Assembly (NCBI GenBank): GCA_041752695.1
Contig: JBGSVZ010000032.1
Span: 1 to 33,795, forward strand
Direction of reading: 5' to 3'
Source of the DNA: Terrimicrobiaceae bacterium
GTDB lineage: Bacteria; Verrucomicrobiota; Verrucomicrobiia; Chthoniobacterales; Terrimicrobiaceae
DNA length: 33,795 bases
Translations under genes and position numbers: made by a program
In this document: positions 26,150 to 33,795 of the stretch, one piece after another
Layout of the letters: the number at the start of each line of letters is the position of its first letter
How positions within the stretch are numbered: the stretch's first letter is position 1
Notes under the pieces: generated by a model
Databases searched by the model: none
What the model saw: only the letters and a program-made list of their open reading frames with translations
What the model was told of the DNA's origin: nothing

Positions 26150-29146
26150 ATGAAAGCAAAATCTCGGCAGAAAGCCTCTTCGCTTGTCACCACCCTCATG
26201 GTTATCGTCGTATTGACGATCATCGTTGTGGCTTTTCTCCAGAGCATGTCGATTGAACGACTGACTTCGAAAAGCTACGCCAACAAATACCAAGCGGAAC
26301 TGCTGGCCGACGCTGCTACCGAGGATGCGATCGACCGCATTTTTACGGCAATTGAACCGCGGCCATATTCGGCGGCTTATGCATCCAATAACGTCGGTGG
26401 GAGAGAGACACGGCATCTTTATCTTGCTCGTTATGTCGCCCAGAGCACAAATCTGATCACGGAGAGGGTGCCTCTCTTTTCAACAATCCTCACCAATTTC
26501 CAGGTATTCACCAATGGCTCCCAGGTGCCGATCGAAACGGCCTCGCTTTCTGTCGCAGATGTTTCGCCATCTGGGGCGCCCATTACGCGTTCTCTGACCG
26601 TCACAAATGACATATACACGGACTTCAACAGGGCTAATGCTTCAGCCCCATCTGGATTTGTGGGTTTGACGAATGCAAATGGCATACTCGCCCTCCCTGG
26701 AAACTGGATTTATCAGACAAATGCTCAGGGAAAAGTTATCGGTCGGTACGCCTATTGGGTGGATGACGAGACGAGTAAAATTGATTTGAGAACCGCCGGA
26801 GTCGTCACTCGCGGGAATGGAACAAATCTCAACGAAGTTACGTTGGCGGCTTTCGGACCGCTTGGGGTGACATCAAATCAGATGACCAATCTCGCCAATT
26901 TCAAAACGCTTCTTTTTCCCGGGAAAAGTCCCGCGATCTCCCGTTACGCTCTAGGAAGCGGAACACCGATCTCGGACGAAACACTTTGGAATCGTATTAA
27001 GCCGTTTCTGACCCAGTTTTCTCTGCATGACCTACGGTCACCTGACGGCACACTCGCGATCAATCTCAATACGTTTGTGACGTCCACAACGAATTCCGCG
27101 ACAATACGCCAGGAAGTTGAGACAATCGCGACGGCGATCACCAATAATTTGCCAACATTTGGAGAGAGATTTTTTCAAACAACCGGGCCCTCGACTTCGC
27201 CGACTTTGGCGACGCCCCAAATTACAAATCCTGTCGAGTCGAATCCGTTAACTTACGTCAAAAAAATAGCCGCCAATATCCGCGACTATATCGACAGCGA
27301 TAATACAGCAACCGTAGTCCTGGAAGATGGATCGGCTTATACCGGCACCTCCCCGAATTTCATTCCTTATGATGCTCTTATTGACGAGGTCCCAATTATT
27401 GGCAAGGAGAGAGGTCCGTATTTGAATGAATTCGGACTGGTGGCAAGAGTAGTGAGTCCTTCGCCCGAGCCGCCTACAGGAACAACAACCGGCCCAGTCA
27501 CGGTGACCATTAGGTATGGGCACTATATCGAACTTTTTAATCCGACTGGGAAAGACATAGACTATGCTGGGCTTGGTGCCAATCCACGGGTAATCATTGC
27601 AAATCAGACCCCGTGGTTAAATAACGCTGACGGCAGTGTCTTTCGTCCCGCTGATATTCGTTTAGACCTGCCAGCAAACTTCGTGATACCGGCGAAGGGC
27701 TATGCCACACTGACTACGGATGGTCCGCCTTGGAGTGCCAGTCAGCCCGGTTACCGTGGGAGTCCAACAAATCGCTATATTTTAGTAAACGGTACCGGGG
27801 CCGGGACTTGGAGCCTATTGGGAACGGGTGGACAAAATACACCCATTAGTTCGAATTACGAGGATTACCAAATCAATACCGCAAACAATTCGTCAGACCG
27901 ATATCAACTGAGATTCAACGGTGCTGGAGGTTTGAATTCGTATGACGGTTGCCGAGAAAGACTGCTTTTCGTCAATGACGCAGGCATCATCGACTACACC
28001 CTGCGCATCTATACCGTCGGCGACATCTATCTTGGGAGAAACGCAAGAAATCCGACGACATTTTCCACGTTTGTCGTGGACGGAAACACGGATAATAACA
28101 ATACAAATCCTGAAGGTAGCACGGCCAATCCTCGTATCGGCAGAGGTGACCCCCGATCCAACGGTGAGATTAGCGAACTGGCTGCAAATGCCTCGAGTTC
28201 ATGGAAAAGCGGCGCGTCGCCGGTCTATGGGAATAGTACGAACTCGCTGCAAGCTACCCTAGGATTAGACAATTTTCGATGGGACATTTCCACGAATGCG
28301 GCGAACGCTTGGAGGACTGGATGGTCCGAATTTTCGGCTGTGGGAAATGGGTATATTGCTAATACAAACATGACATCTGTCGGTGAGCTTGGCTTTGTCT
28401 ATGATCCCGCAAGATACAATATTTCAAGCTTCAGGAGTTATGGGCGGACATTGAGAGTGGGACAACCGGACGCCGCAAACTTCAACCGGGCTGGAAATTC
28501 CTCAGCAGCAAACGATCGCAATTGGATAGGGGGGTTGGGGACCAATGCGGTCACCAACACAACGTATTTGAAAAATGCCTTTCACCTCGCTAGCATCTTT
28601 CGCGCTGACGATAATGACTATGGTAAAGTCAACCCCAATGGATTGCACAGAAGTGGAGAACGGGTTGTTCAAGATGCGCTTTTTTCCAGATTTGCCTTTT
28701 CCCCTATCGGAAGTTTTCAAGTTTCCGGCGAATTATCGAGCGATACATTTAATTCCAACGCTGTGTATGCAGCGCTTTCCGCCGAATTTGCGACTAACCG
28801 CCCTTTCATTGGCGTAGGTGACATCTCGCGACTGGAGATTTTTGGCTCCAGCACCAATACAAACACTGTGGCGGTCTCGCAGAGTATGATCGCGTCAACG
28901 GTGAGTGACGGTGACCGGGAGGAAGTTTTCCGGCGCACTGCCGGTCTCATTGCAACACAGAGTCTGAGCTATTCTGTTTACGTTGTTGGCCAGAGCGGGC
29001 GTTTTGTGAATGACCAATTCAAAGTCAGTTCGACCGTCCGAAGAAATACCATCGTTCAGCTAAAGCCGTCCTATGCGTCGACCGCTTTCCCTGCCAAACC
29101 GAGTGCTTGGCAAATTTTGAAACCGTGGCAAATCAACATGAATTAG
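26150..29146 (+). CDS. Large PilX/GspK-like protein, Verru_Chthon cassette protein A-like
   Basis: KA|SSLVTTLMVIVVLTIIVVAFL without Glu5, GRYAYWVDDETSKIDL, AANIRDYIDSD, YIELFNP, SVGELG, GKVNPN and YSVYVVGQ. Confidence 0.82.
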   Translation: MKAKSRQKASSLVTTLMVIVVLTIIVVAFLQSMSIERLTSKSYANKYQAELLADAATEDAIDRIFTAIEPRPYSAAYASNNVGGRETRHLYLARYVAQSTNLITERVPLFSTILTNFQVFTNGSQVPIETASLSVADVSPSGAPITRSLTVTNDIYTDFNRANASAPSGFVGLTNANGILALPGNWIYQTNAQGKVIGRYAYWVDDETSKIDLRTAGVVTRGNGTNLNEVTLAAFGPLGVTSNQMTNLANFKTLLFPGKSPAISRYALGSGTPISDETLWNRIKPFLTQFSLHDLRSPDGTLAINLNTFVTSTTNSATIRQEVETIATAITNNLPTFGERFFQTTGPSTSPTLATPQITNPVESNPLTYVKKIAANIRDYIDSDNTATVVLEDGSAYTGTSPNFIPYDALIDEVPIIGKERGPYLNEFGLVARVVSPSPEPPTGTTTGPVTVTIRYGHYIELFNPTGKDIDYAGLGANPRVIIANQTPWLNNADGSVFRPADIRLDLPANFVIPAKGYATLTTDGPPWSASQPGYRGSPTNRYILVNGTGAGTWSLLGTGGQNTPISSNYEDYQINTANNSSDRYQLRFNGAGGLNSYDGCRERLLFVNDAGIIDYTLRIYTVGDIYLGRNARNPTTFSTFVVDGNTDNNNTNPEGSTANPRIGRGDPRSNGEISELAANASSSWKSGASPVYGNSTNSLQATLGLDNFRWDISTNAANAWRTGWSEFSAVGNGYIANTNMTSVGELGFVYDPARYNISSFRSYGRTLRVGQPDAANFNRAGNSSAANDRNWIGGLGTNAVTNTTYLKNAFHLASIFRADDNDYGKVNPNGLHRSGERVVQDALFSRFAFSPIGSFQVSGELSSDTFNSNAVYAALSAEFATNRPFIGVGDISRLEIFGSSTNTNTVAVSQSMIASTVSDGDREEVFRRTAGLIATQSLSYSVYVVGQSGRFVNDQFKVSSTVRRNTIVQLKPSYASTAFPAKPSAWQILKPWQINMN

Positions 29147-29147
29147 T

Positions 29148-29936
29148 ATGAGAAGGTTTCTTATTTTCAGTGTGCTCCTCGTTTTTGCAACCGTGCCTCT
29201 AGTCGGTCAAGATGACGGGGACGAAGGAAAGGATCGTGAAAGTGCCTTTGTGCGTATCATTAACGCTAGCACAGTGATTCTGAAGGAGCCCTGGAAGTCT
29301 GGGGTCGATCTTGCCTTTAAGGATCAGAAGCTTGCGATTGATATCCGGGGTGGAGAAGCGGCGAACTACAGACAGATTACCTTCACAGGGAAAGACACCG
29401 TCGAGGCGAGAGCGACTGGCCAGGCCAGGATTCTCGGCGCAATCCCGGCGAATTTTGAGAAAGGCGGCTTCTATTCGATTTATCTCACGGGCTTGGTCAC
29501 TGAGACCGGATTCAATGTTTCGCCATTGGTTCTGAAAGATTTTCCGATCCCGGCTGCGAGTGTTCGGAAAGGGTTCGCAAGGGTCAAAATCTTTAATTCA
29601 GTTTCGACGTTTGCGGTTAAGCTGCAACTTGACGGAGGCCCATCGACTACTTTGCCCTCATTGGGCTTTACCGAAGTCTTCCTAACGCCAGGTTCGCATC
29701 CCTATCGTCTCCTATTCCCTTATAAATCGTCGGAGAGGGATATGCAGGGATTCTTGAGAGTCGACGCGGATGCGGACTTCAGCGCCATCGTTTGCGCATC
29801 TCCGGAAAAGCCTGATAGACCCATCCTCAGATTTTTGGATAACACAACCGCAAAACGGGATGTTGAGGAAGCGCTGGAGGCTGAGAAGAAAGAAAAGGCC
29901 GCGGCGAACGAGGCTGGAACGGGAAATGCTCCCTGA
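29148..29936 (+). CDS. Exported DUF4397-like two-domain protein
   Basis: Signal peptide and two related starts, AFVRIINAS and ARVKIFNSV, plus GGFYSIYLTG. Begins 1 nt after the previous stop. Confidence 0.55.
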   Translation: MRRFLIFSVLLVFATVPLVGQDDGDEGKDRESAFVRIINASTVILKEPWKSGVDLAFKDQKLAIDIRGGEAANYRQITFTGKDTVEARATGQARILGAIPANFEKGGFYSIYLTGLVTETGFNVSPLVLKDFPIPAASVRKGFARVKIFNSVSTFAVKLQLDGGPSTTLPSLGFTEVFLTPGSHPYRLLFPYKSSERDMQGFLRVDADADFSAIVCASPEKPDRPILRFLDNTTAKRDVEEALEAEKKEKAAANEAGTGNAP

Positions 29937-29989
29937 CGACGGCGCGAGAAGGTTGTTCCGAAACCGCTGCTTTATTTGAATTAAAAATT

Positions 29990-32572
29990 ATGAAAGAACC
30001 GAAGAGACAAATCTGGAGTGCAAGGACAGGCAAGGGGAGGTTCTGTCACCTTTTCGCATTCACATTTGCTTTGCAGATTTGCGTTTTGGTGTCCCAGAGT
30101 GCGGACATCTGGTCCAATCCAATCGACGGTACCAACCCCAACACGTCCAATCCCTACACGATAGGTGACGTGGTTTCGCCGAATCTCTCGGTTTCCGGAA
30201 TCAGCCGGGGTCCTGGAATTGTGGGGACGAATGCCAACAATCGATACAACGCCAACAATTGGTCGGTTGCTACGGGATCAGGGTTGTCGCCAACGACCGA
30301 GGCAGATGCGATTACCGGAGACAAGTATTTCTCATTTACGCTGACGGCTGACACCGGATTCGAAATTGATTTTTCAAGCCTGGATATTACGACGCAAAGG
30401 TCATCGACGGGATCTGCGACATTCGGCCTCTACAGTTCCGTCACAGGCTTCACCGAGGGAAGCAGCATTGATGGGACATTTTCGCTAGCCACTGCGAGTA
30501 CGGCAATTCTCCACACTGTGTCTCTGAGTGAGGCAGCTCTCCAGAACGTCGCCGGTCCGATCGAGTTTCGCCTTTACGCTTGGGGCACTACCGCTTCGAC
30601 CGGGACCTTTAGCGTGAACAGTTTTGCGTTTGACGGGATCGTTCTGGCAGGCTCCGCATCCGAATTGTTTTGGGATGGAGGTGGCAATTGGACCGCTACA
30701 CCATCCGGTGCGGGCGGTGTAGGTACATGGTCCTCCGGCGGAACATGGGTTGACGCGAGTGAAGCCAATTTTGCCGGGGCGGCGGCGGCCGTCACTGTCG
30801 ACAATGTAAATGCCGATGGCGGGATTAGCTTTCAAACTACAGGCTATTCTCTTGACGGCGGAACGATCAATCTTGGGAACGCCAATGTGGAAACGGGCAG
30901 CGGAGTCACTGCTACAATTTCATCCACCATTGGTGGCAGTGCCGGGCTTAATAAGCTGGGCGCGGGCACGCTTGTGCTAGCGGGCGCGAATTCCTTTACG
31001 GGCAGCGTAGGTATTTATTCCGGCACCCTTTCCATTAGTTCGGACGGCAACCTTGGTGCCGGCGGAAATGGGATTCTCTTCGGCGGAGGTACCCTCCTTG
31101 CCACGAGTTCTATTGAGTTGGGGGCGGGACGGGCAATAACCGGCGAAGGCAGTTTGTCTGTCGCCAGTGGGCTGACTTTGACTTTTTTCGGATCCGTCAA
31201 CGGAGCGAATTTTAATCTGCTGGATGGAGGGTCGGTGGTGTTGGGAGGAGATGTCAACTCTCTCACCGGTTTGACTTTTGCGGCGGCCGGGAAACTTGAT
31301 GTCAGCAACGGGGCTCAATTGAGCGGACCCTTAACTACAACTCACGCCGTTGGAACCGCTGAAATCGTGGGGTCAGTTGATCTGACTGGTTCAACCGCCC
31401 AGCAATTCACGGTTTCCGATGGCTCCGCAGATATTGACTTGGACATTTCAGCCAACCTGAGCAGTGCGAATTTCGCGCGACTACACAAACTCGGCCCTGG
31501 AACTCTGCGACTGTCTGGCAACAATTCGAGCTTCGTTGCTGGCGTTCGTATTGGCACGGTCCCTAGCGGCAGTCTTCCGGCTGGCGCGAACGGCGGGCGA
31601 GTCATTGTGACGAATAGCGACTCGCTGGGGACTGGGCAGTTGCAATTCAACTGGGGCGTATTGGAAGCCGAATCGGATGTCAATTTCGCGAATGGAATTT
31701 CGATAGGAGCTCTGGAAGGCAAAAGCGGCGTGTTTCAAGGAGCGAGCATGGGATTCAGCGGAACAGTGAGTTTTTTCGAAACGACCGGGCTGAATAACCA
31801 CATTACGGTAAACAACACGACAACCTTCTCAGGAGCGATGGTTTACAGTGGGAGCTTCGGCGGCACCGGGATTACTTTGGCGGGAAGTGGCACATTGCGC
31901 TCTACAGGCGATGCCTCAGGTGTCATCCAGCAGACCATTGTTTCAGGAAGCTCGACGTTGGTCGTCGACGGAACTTGGGGTGGCGCGGTCTCAGTCGAGG
32001 CGGACGGCACATTGAAAGGGACAGGGCTGATTTCCGGGCTCATCTCGATTTCGGGCGTTCAAGCCGTCGGCAACTCCGCCGGGATTCAAACCGCGGCGGG
32101 CGGTGTCTCCTACCTCAGCGGATCGGTGTTCGAATGGGAACTGGAGGTTGATGATAATTCGACGCCCGGTCTCGGCAACTTCGACCAGCTCGTTGTCTCT
32201 GGTGGTGATATTTCCATCGCATCCGGCGTGACGATGGACTTGGTTTTTGACAATGGGGGATCGGTTGTCGATTGGACGGACACCTTCTGGGATACCGATC
32301 ACTCCTGGACCATTATTGACAACACGGGCGGCGGGTTGCTGACGGGGCAGTTTGGATTGAACGCGTCCTCGGAATGGTTCGATGCCAACGGGATCCTCCT
32401 CTCGGCCATTGATCCCGATGCGGATTTTGTCCTGAGCGCGGTGAACGGCGACATCATCCTGACCTACTACGCCGTCCCGATCCCCGAGCCCTCGACGCTG
32501 GTCTTCCTCGGCCTCGCCGGGGTGAGCCTCCTCGCCGTCCGCCGACGGGCGCGAGTGGCGGGTCTTCGGTAA
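29990..32572 (+). CDS. PEP-CTERM surface protein with autotransporter-associated beta-strand repeats
   Basis: Extended signal peptide. Repeats GLNKLGAGTLVLAGANSFTGSVGIYSGTL and LHKLGPGTLRLSGNNS. C-terminal IPEPST, TM, then RRR. Confidence 0.92.
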   Translation: MKEPKRQIWSARTGKGRFCHLFAFTFALQICVLVSQSADIWSNPIDGTNPNTSNPYTIGDVVSPNLSVSGISRGPGIVGTNANNRYNANNWSVATGSGLSPTTEADAITGDKYFSFTLTADTGFEIDFSSLDITTQRSSTGSATFGLYSSVTGFTEGSSIDGTFSLATASTAILHTVSLSEAALQNVAGPIEFRLYAWGTTASTGTFSVNSFAFDGIVLAGSASELFWDGGGNWTATPSGAGGVGTWSSGGTWVDASEANFAGAAAAVTVDNVNADGGISFQTTGYSLDGGTINLGNANVETGSGVTATISSTIGGSAGLNKLGAGTLVLAGANSFTGSVGIYSGTLSISSDGNLGAGGNGILFGGGTLLATSSIELGAGRAITGEGSLSVASGLTLTFFGSVNGANFNLLDGGSVVLGGDVNSLTGLTFAAAGKLDVSNGAQLSGPLTTTHAVGTAEIVGSVDLTGSTAQQFTVSDGSADIDLDISANLSSANFARLHKLGPGTLRLSGNNSSFVAGVRIGTVPSGSLPAGANGGRVIVTNSDSLGTGQLQFNWGVLEAESDVNFANGISIGALEGKSGVFQGASMGFSGTVSFFETTGLNNHITVNNTTTFSGAMVYSGSFGGTGITLAGSGTLRSTGDASGVIQQTIVSGSSTLVVDGTWGGAVSVEADGTLKGTGLISGLISISGVQAVGNSAGIQTAAGGVSYLSGSVFEWELEVDDNSTPGLGNFDQLVVSGGDISIASGVTMDLVFDNGGSVVDWTDTFWDTDHSWTIIDNTGGGLLTGQFGLNASSEWFDANGILLSAIDPDADFVLSAVNGDIILTYYAVPIPEPSTLVFLGLAGVSLLAVRRRARVAGLR

Positions 32573-32800
32573 GAGCAGTGGAGTCTTTAGAAGACACTGA
32601 ATAAACCGCGGATTTTACGGACTTACGCGGATCAGATAGAGTCCGAGCGCCTTTCATCGTGAATATCTGTGCTGCACCGACGGCCAGGCTCTCAAATCCG
32701 TGGTTCACTCTCCTGTTCGGCAATTCATCAGCATTTCCTTTAGCGGAAGAGATGAACCGCCCCGGCGGTGCGGGCTACAGAGATCGGATTGCGCCGATTC

Positions 32801-32831
32801 TTGACACATAATTAAGTACGTGCGTTATGTG
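32801..32831 (+). promoter_or_regulatory. Putative TA promoter -35 with an inverted-repeat operator
   Basis: Perfect TTGACA at 32801-32806 and a CACATA (32805) / TATGTG (32826) inverted pair. No clean -10 was found. Confidence 0.35.
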
Positions 32832-33063
32832 GAGTGTGAACATCACGCTTTCCACGGACGAGGAGACGATTCAGAAAACCCGTGCGTTCGCGCGCCGACA
32901 GGGGCTCTCCCTGAATGAGTTATTGCGCCGGTACATGGATTCGCTCGCCGGGACGGACGACGCGGAGTCGGTTTTGGAGGAATTCACCCGCAATGCGCGG
33001 GAGCATGGGGGACAGTCCGCGCCCGGGTATCGGTTTGATCGGGAGGACGCTCACCGCCGCTGA
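32827..33063 (+). CDS. Ribbon-helix-helix antitoxin (DUF6364/CopG-like)
   Basis: NITLSTDEETIQKTRAFARRQGLSLNELLRRYM and C-terminal FDREDAHRR. Directly upstream of a PIN gene. Alternative GTG start at 32836. Confidence 0.82.
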   Translation: MWSVNITLSTDEETIQKTRAFARRQGLSLNELLRRYMDSLAGTDDAESVLEEFTRNAREHGGQSAPGYRFDREDAHRR

Positions 33064-33074
33064 GGTTTTGTCGG

Positions 33075-33488
33075 ATGGACTTTCTCGATACAAATCTGAT
33101 CGTTTACGCCAACGATCGGCGCGACCTGAAAAAGCAGGAACGCGCGCTGGAAGTCATACGGCGGGCCATCCAGGACAGGACCGGCGTCATTTCCGTGCAG
33201 GTCCTGCAGGAATACGCAAACACGGCGGTGAACAAGCTGAAGCAGGAATCGGCGGTTGTTTTACGTCAATTAGCTCTGCTGCAATCTCTGAATGTGGTCT
33301 GCCCTGATCCGCAGATGGTAATGCGTGCGGTGGAACTGCGGGCTCTTTTTCAACTCTCGTTCTGGGACGCCTCCATTCTCGCCGCCGCAGAGAGCGCGGG
33401 TTGCCGTCGTCTCTTTTCGGAAGATTTGAGCGAGGGGCAGGCCTATGGGTCCATTCGCGTGATCAATCCATTTTTAGAGCCTGTCTAA
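33075..33488 (+). CDS. vapC: PIN-domain VapC-type toxin
   Basis: FLDTNLIVYA, SVQVLQEY, LSFWDASILAAA and LFSEDL give the acidic PIN tetrad. Confidence 0.9.
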   Translation: MDFLDTNLIVYANDRRDLKKQERALEVIRRAIQDRTGVISVQVLQEYANTAVNKLKQESAVVLRQLALLQSLNVVCPDPQMVMRAVELRALFQLSFWDASILAAAESAGCRRLFSEDLSEGQAYGSIRVINPFLEPV

Positions 33489-33655
33489 AAATACGGATTT
33501 CCGGGAAAAATGGAGGAGTTTGCAGTTTTAGACTTCCAGCTTTTCGCTGAGAAGGGTCCCGACGTAGCAGGAGACACTCGTATTCTGTTCCGCCGCGAAA
33601 ATCTTCGCCCGGTGGGCCAAGTCCTCCGGGAGGGAAATGGTGATGTTTTTCATCG
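33477..33655. mobile_element. Left part of a second MITE-family element related to 9360-9532
   Basis: TTA|GAGCCTGTCTAAAAATACGGATTTCCGGGAAAAATGGAGG aligns with TTA|GAGCGTGTTTAAAATGCGGATTTTTGGGAAAAATGGAGG. No right TIR appears before the IS66 end. Confidence 0.6.
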
Positions 33656-33795
33656 GTAAGCGTCACACGGACCGCCTCTGTCCGATGAGGGAATAACCGT
33701 CATAGATTCCGTTCTGACATCTATGAACGAATCTACGCAAATCTTAAAAGTGGACGAGGCTGGTCGGGTGCAAACTCCGCCGGAGAAGCGGCGGC
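33656..33795 (+). mobile_element. Left end of an IS66-family element with the start of the TnpA accessory gene (33723 to the edge)
   Basis: Begins GTAAGCGTC, the IS66-type terminus. ATG 33723 reads MNESTQILKVDEAGRVQTPPEKRR, resembling verrucomicrobial IS66 TnpA N-termini. Confidence 0.75.

Noticed and set aside
29990..32572. Classical type V autotransporter
   Set aside because: It has passenger-type repeats but ends in a PEP-CTERM signal, not a beta-barrel.
1..33795. tRNA, rRNA or known riboswitch
   Set aside because: No cloverleaf or recognisable conserved RNA motif was seen by eye; an Infernal/Rfam scan would be needed to exclude them.

Overview
High-GC bacterial window, most likely from a verrucomicrobium of the Chthoniobacter/Spartobacteria type. 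This is inferred from a Verru_Chthon-type prepilin cassette, a PEP-CTERM protein and the style of the intergenic palindromic repeats. The left edge holds the 3' end of a probable IS4-family transposase that cuts into a short AT-rich block, followed by a DUF1294-like gene remnant that the ORF track misses. Next come a split pqiA/letA pair with a LetB-like protein carrying six MCE domains, and housekeeping or accessory genes: DedA/TVP38, DUF4239-like, a lipoprotein GH1, lpxD, S1/P1 nuclease, AraC plus PhyH, DUF2059, DEDDh exonuclease, DAHP synthase, a small-protein/nucleotidyltransferase pair, a 1218-aa TerB/FHA-like/ABCG fusion, an MBL hydrolase, a 3-hydroxyacid dehydrogenase and a TIM-barrel isomerase. 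A repeat-bracketed two-ORF module with overlapping open frames follows. Then comes a lower-GC ~8.4 kb surface-structure locus: four pilin/pseudopilin-like genes in D-B-C-A order, a DUF4397-like protein and a PEP-CTERM adhesin. The window ends with an RHH/PIN toxin-antitoxin pair, a MITE end and the left end of an IS66 element. Several REP/MITE-like repeat families fill the intergenic regions. No rRNA, tRNA or CRISPR array was seen. All family calls come from motif recognition by eye; no searches were run.
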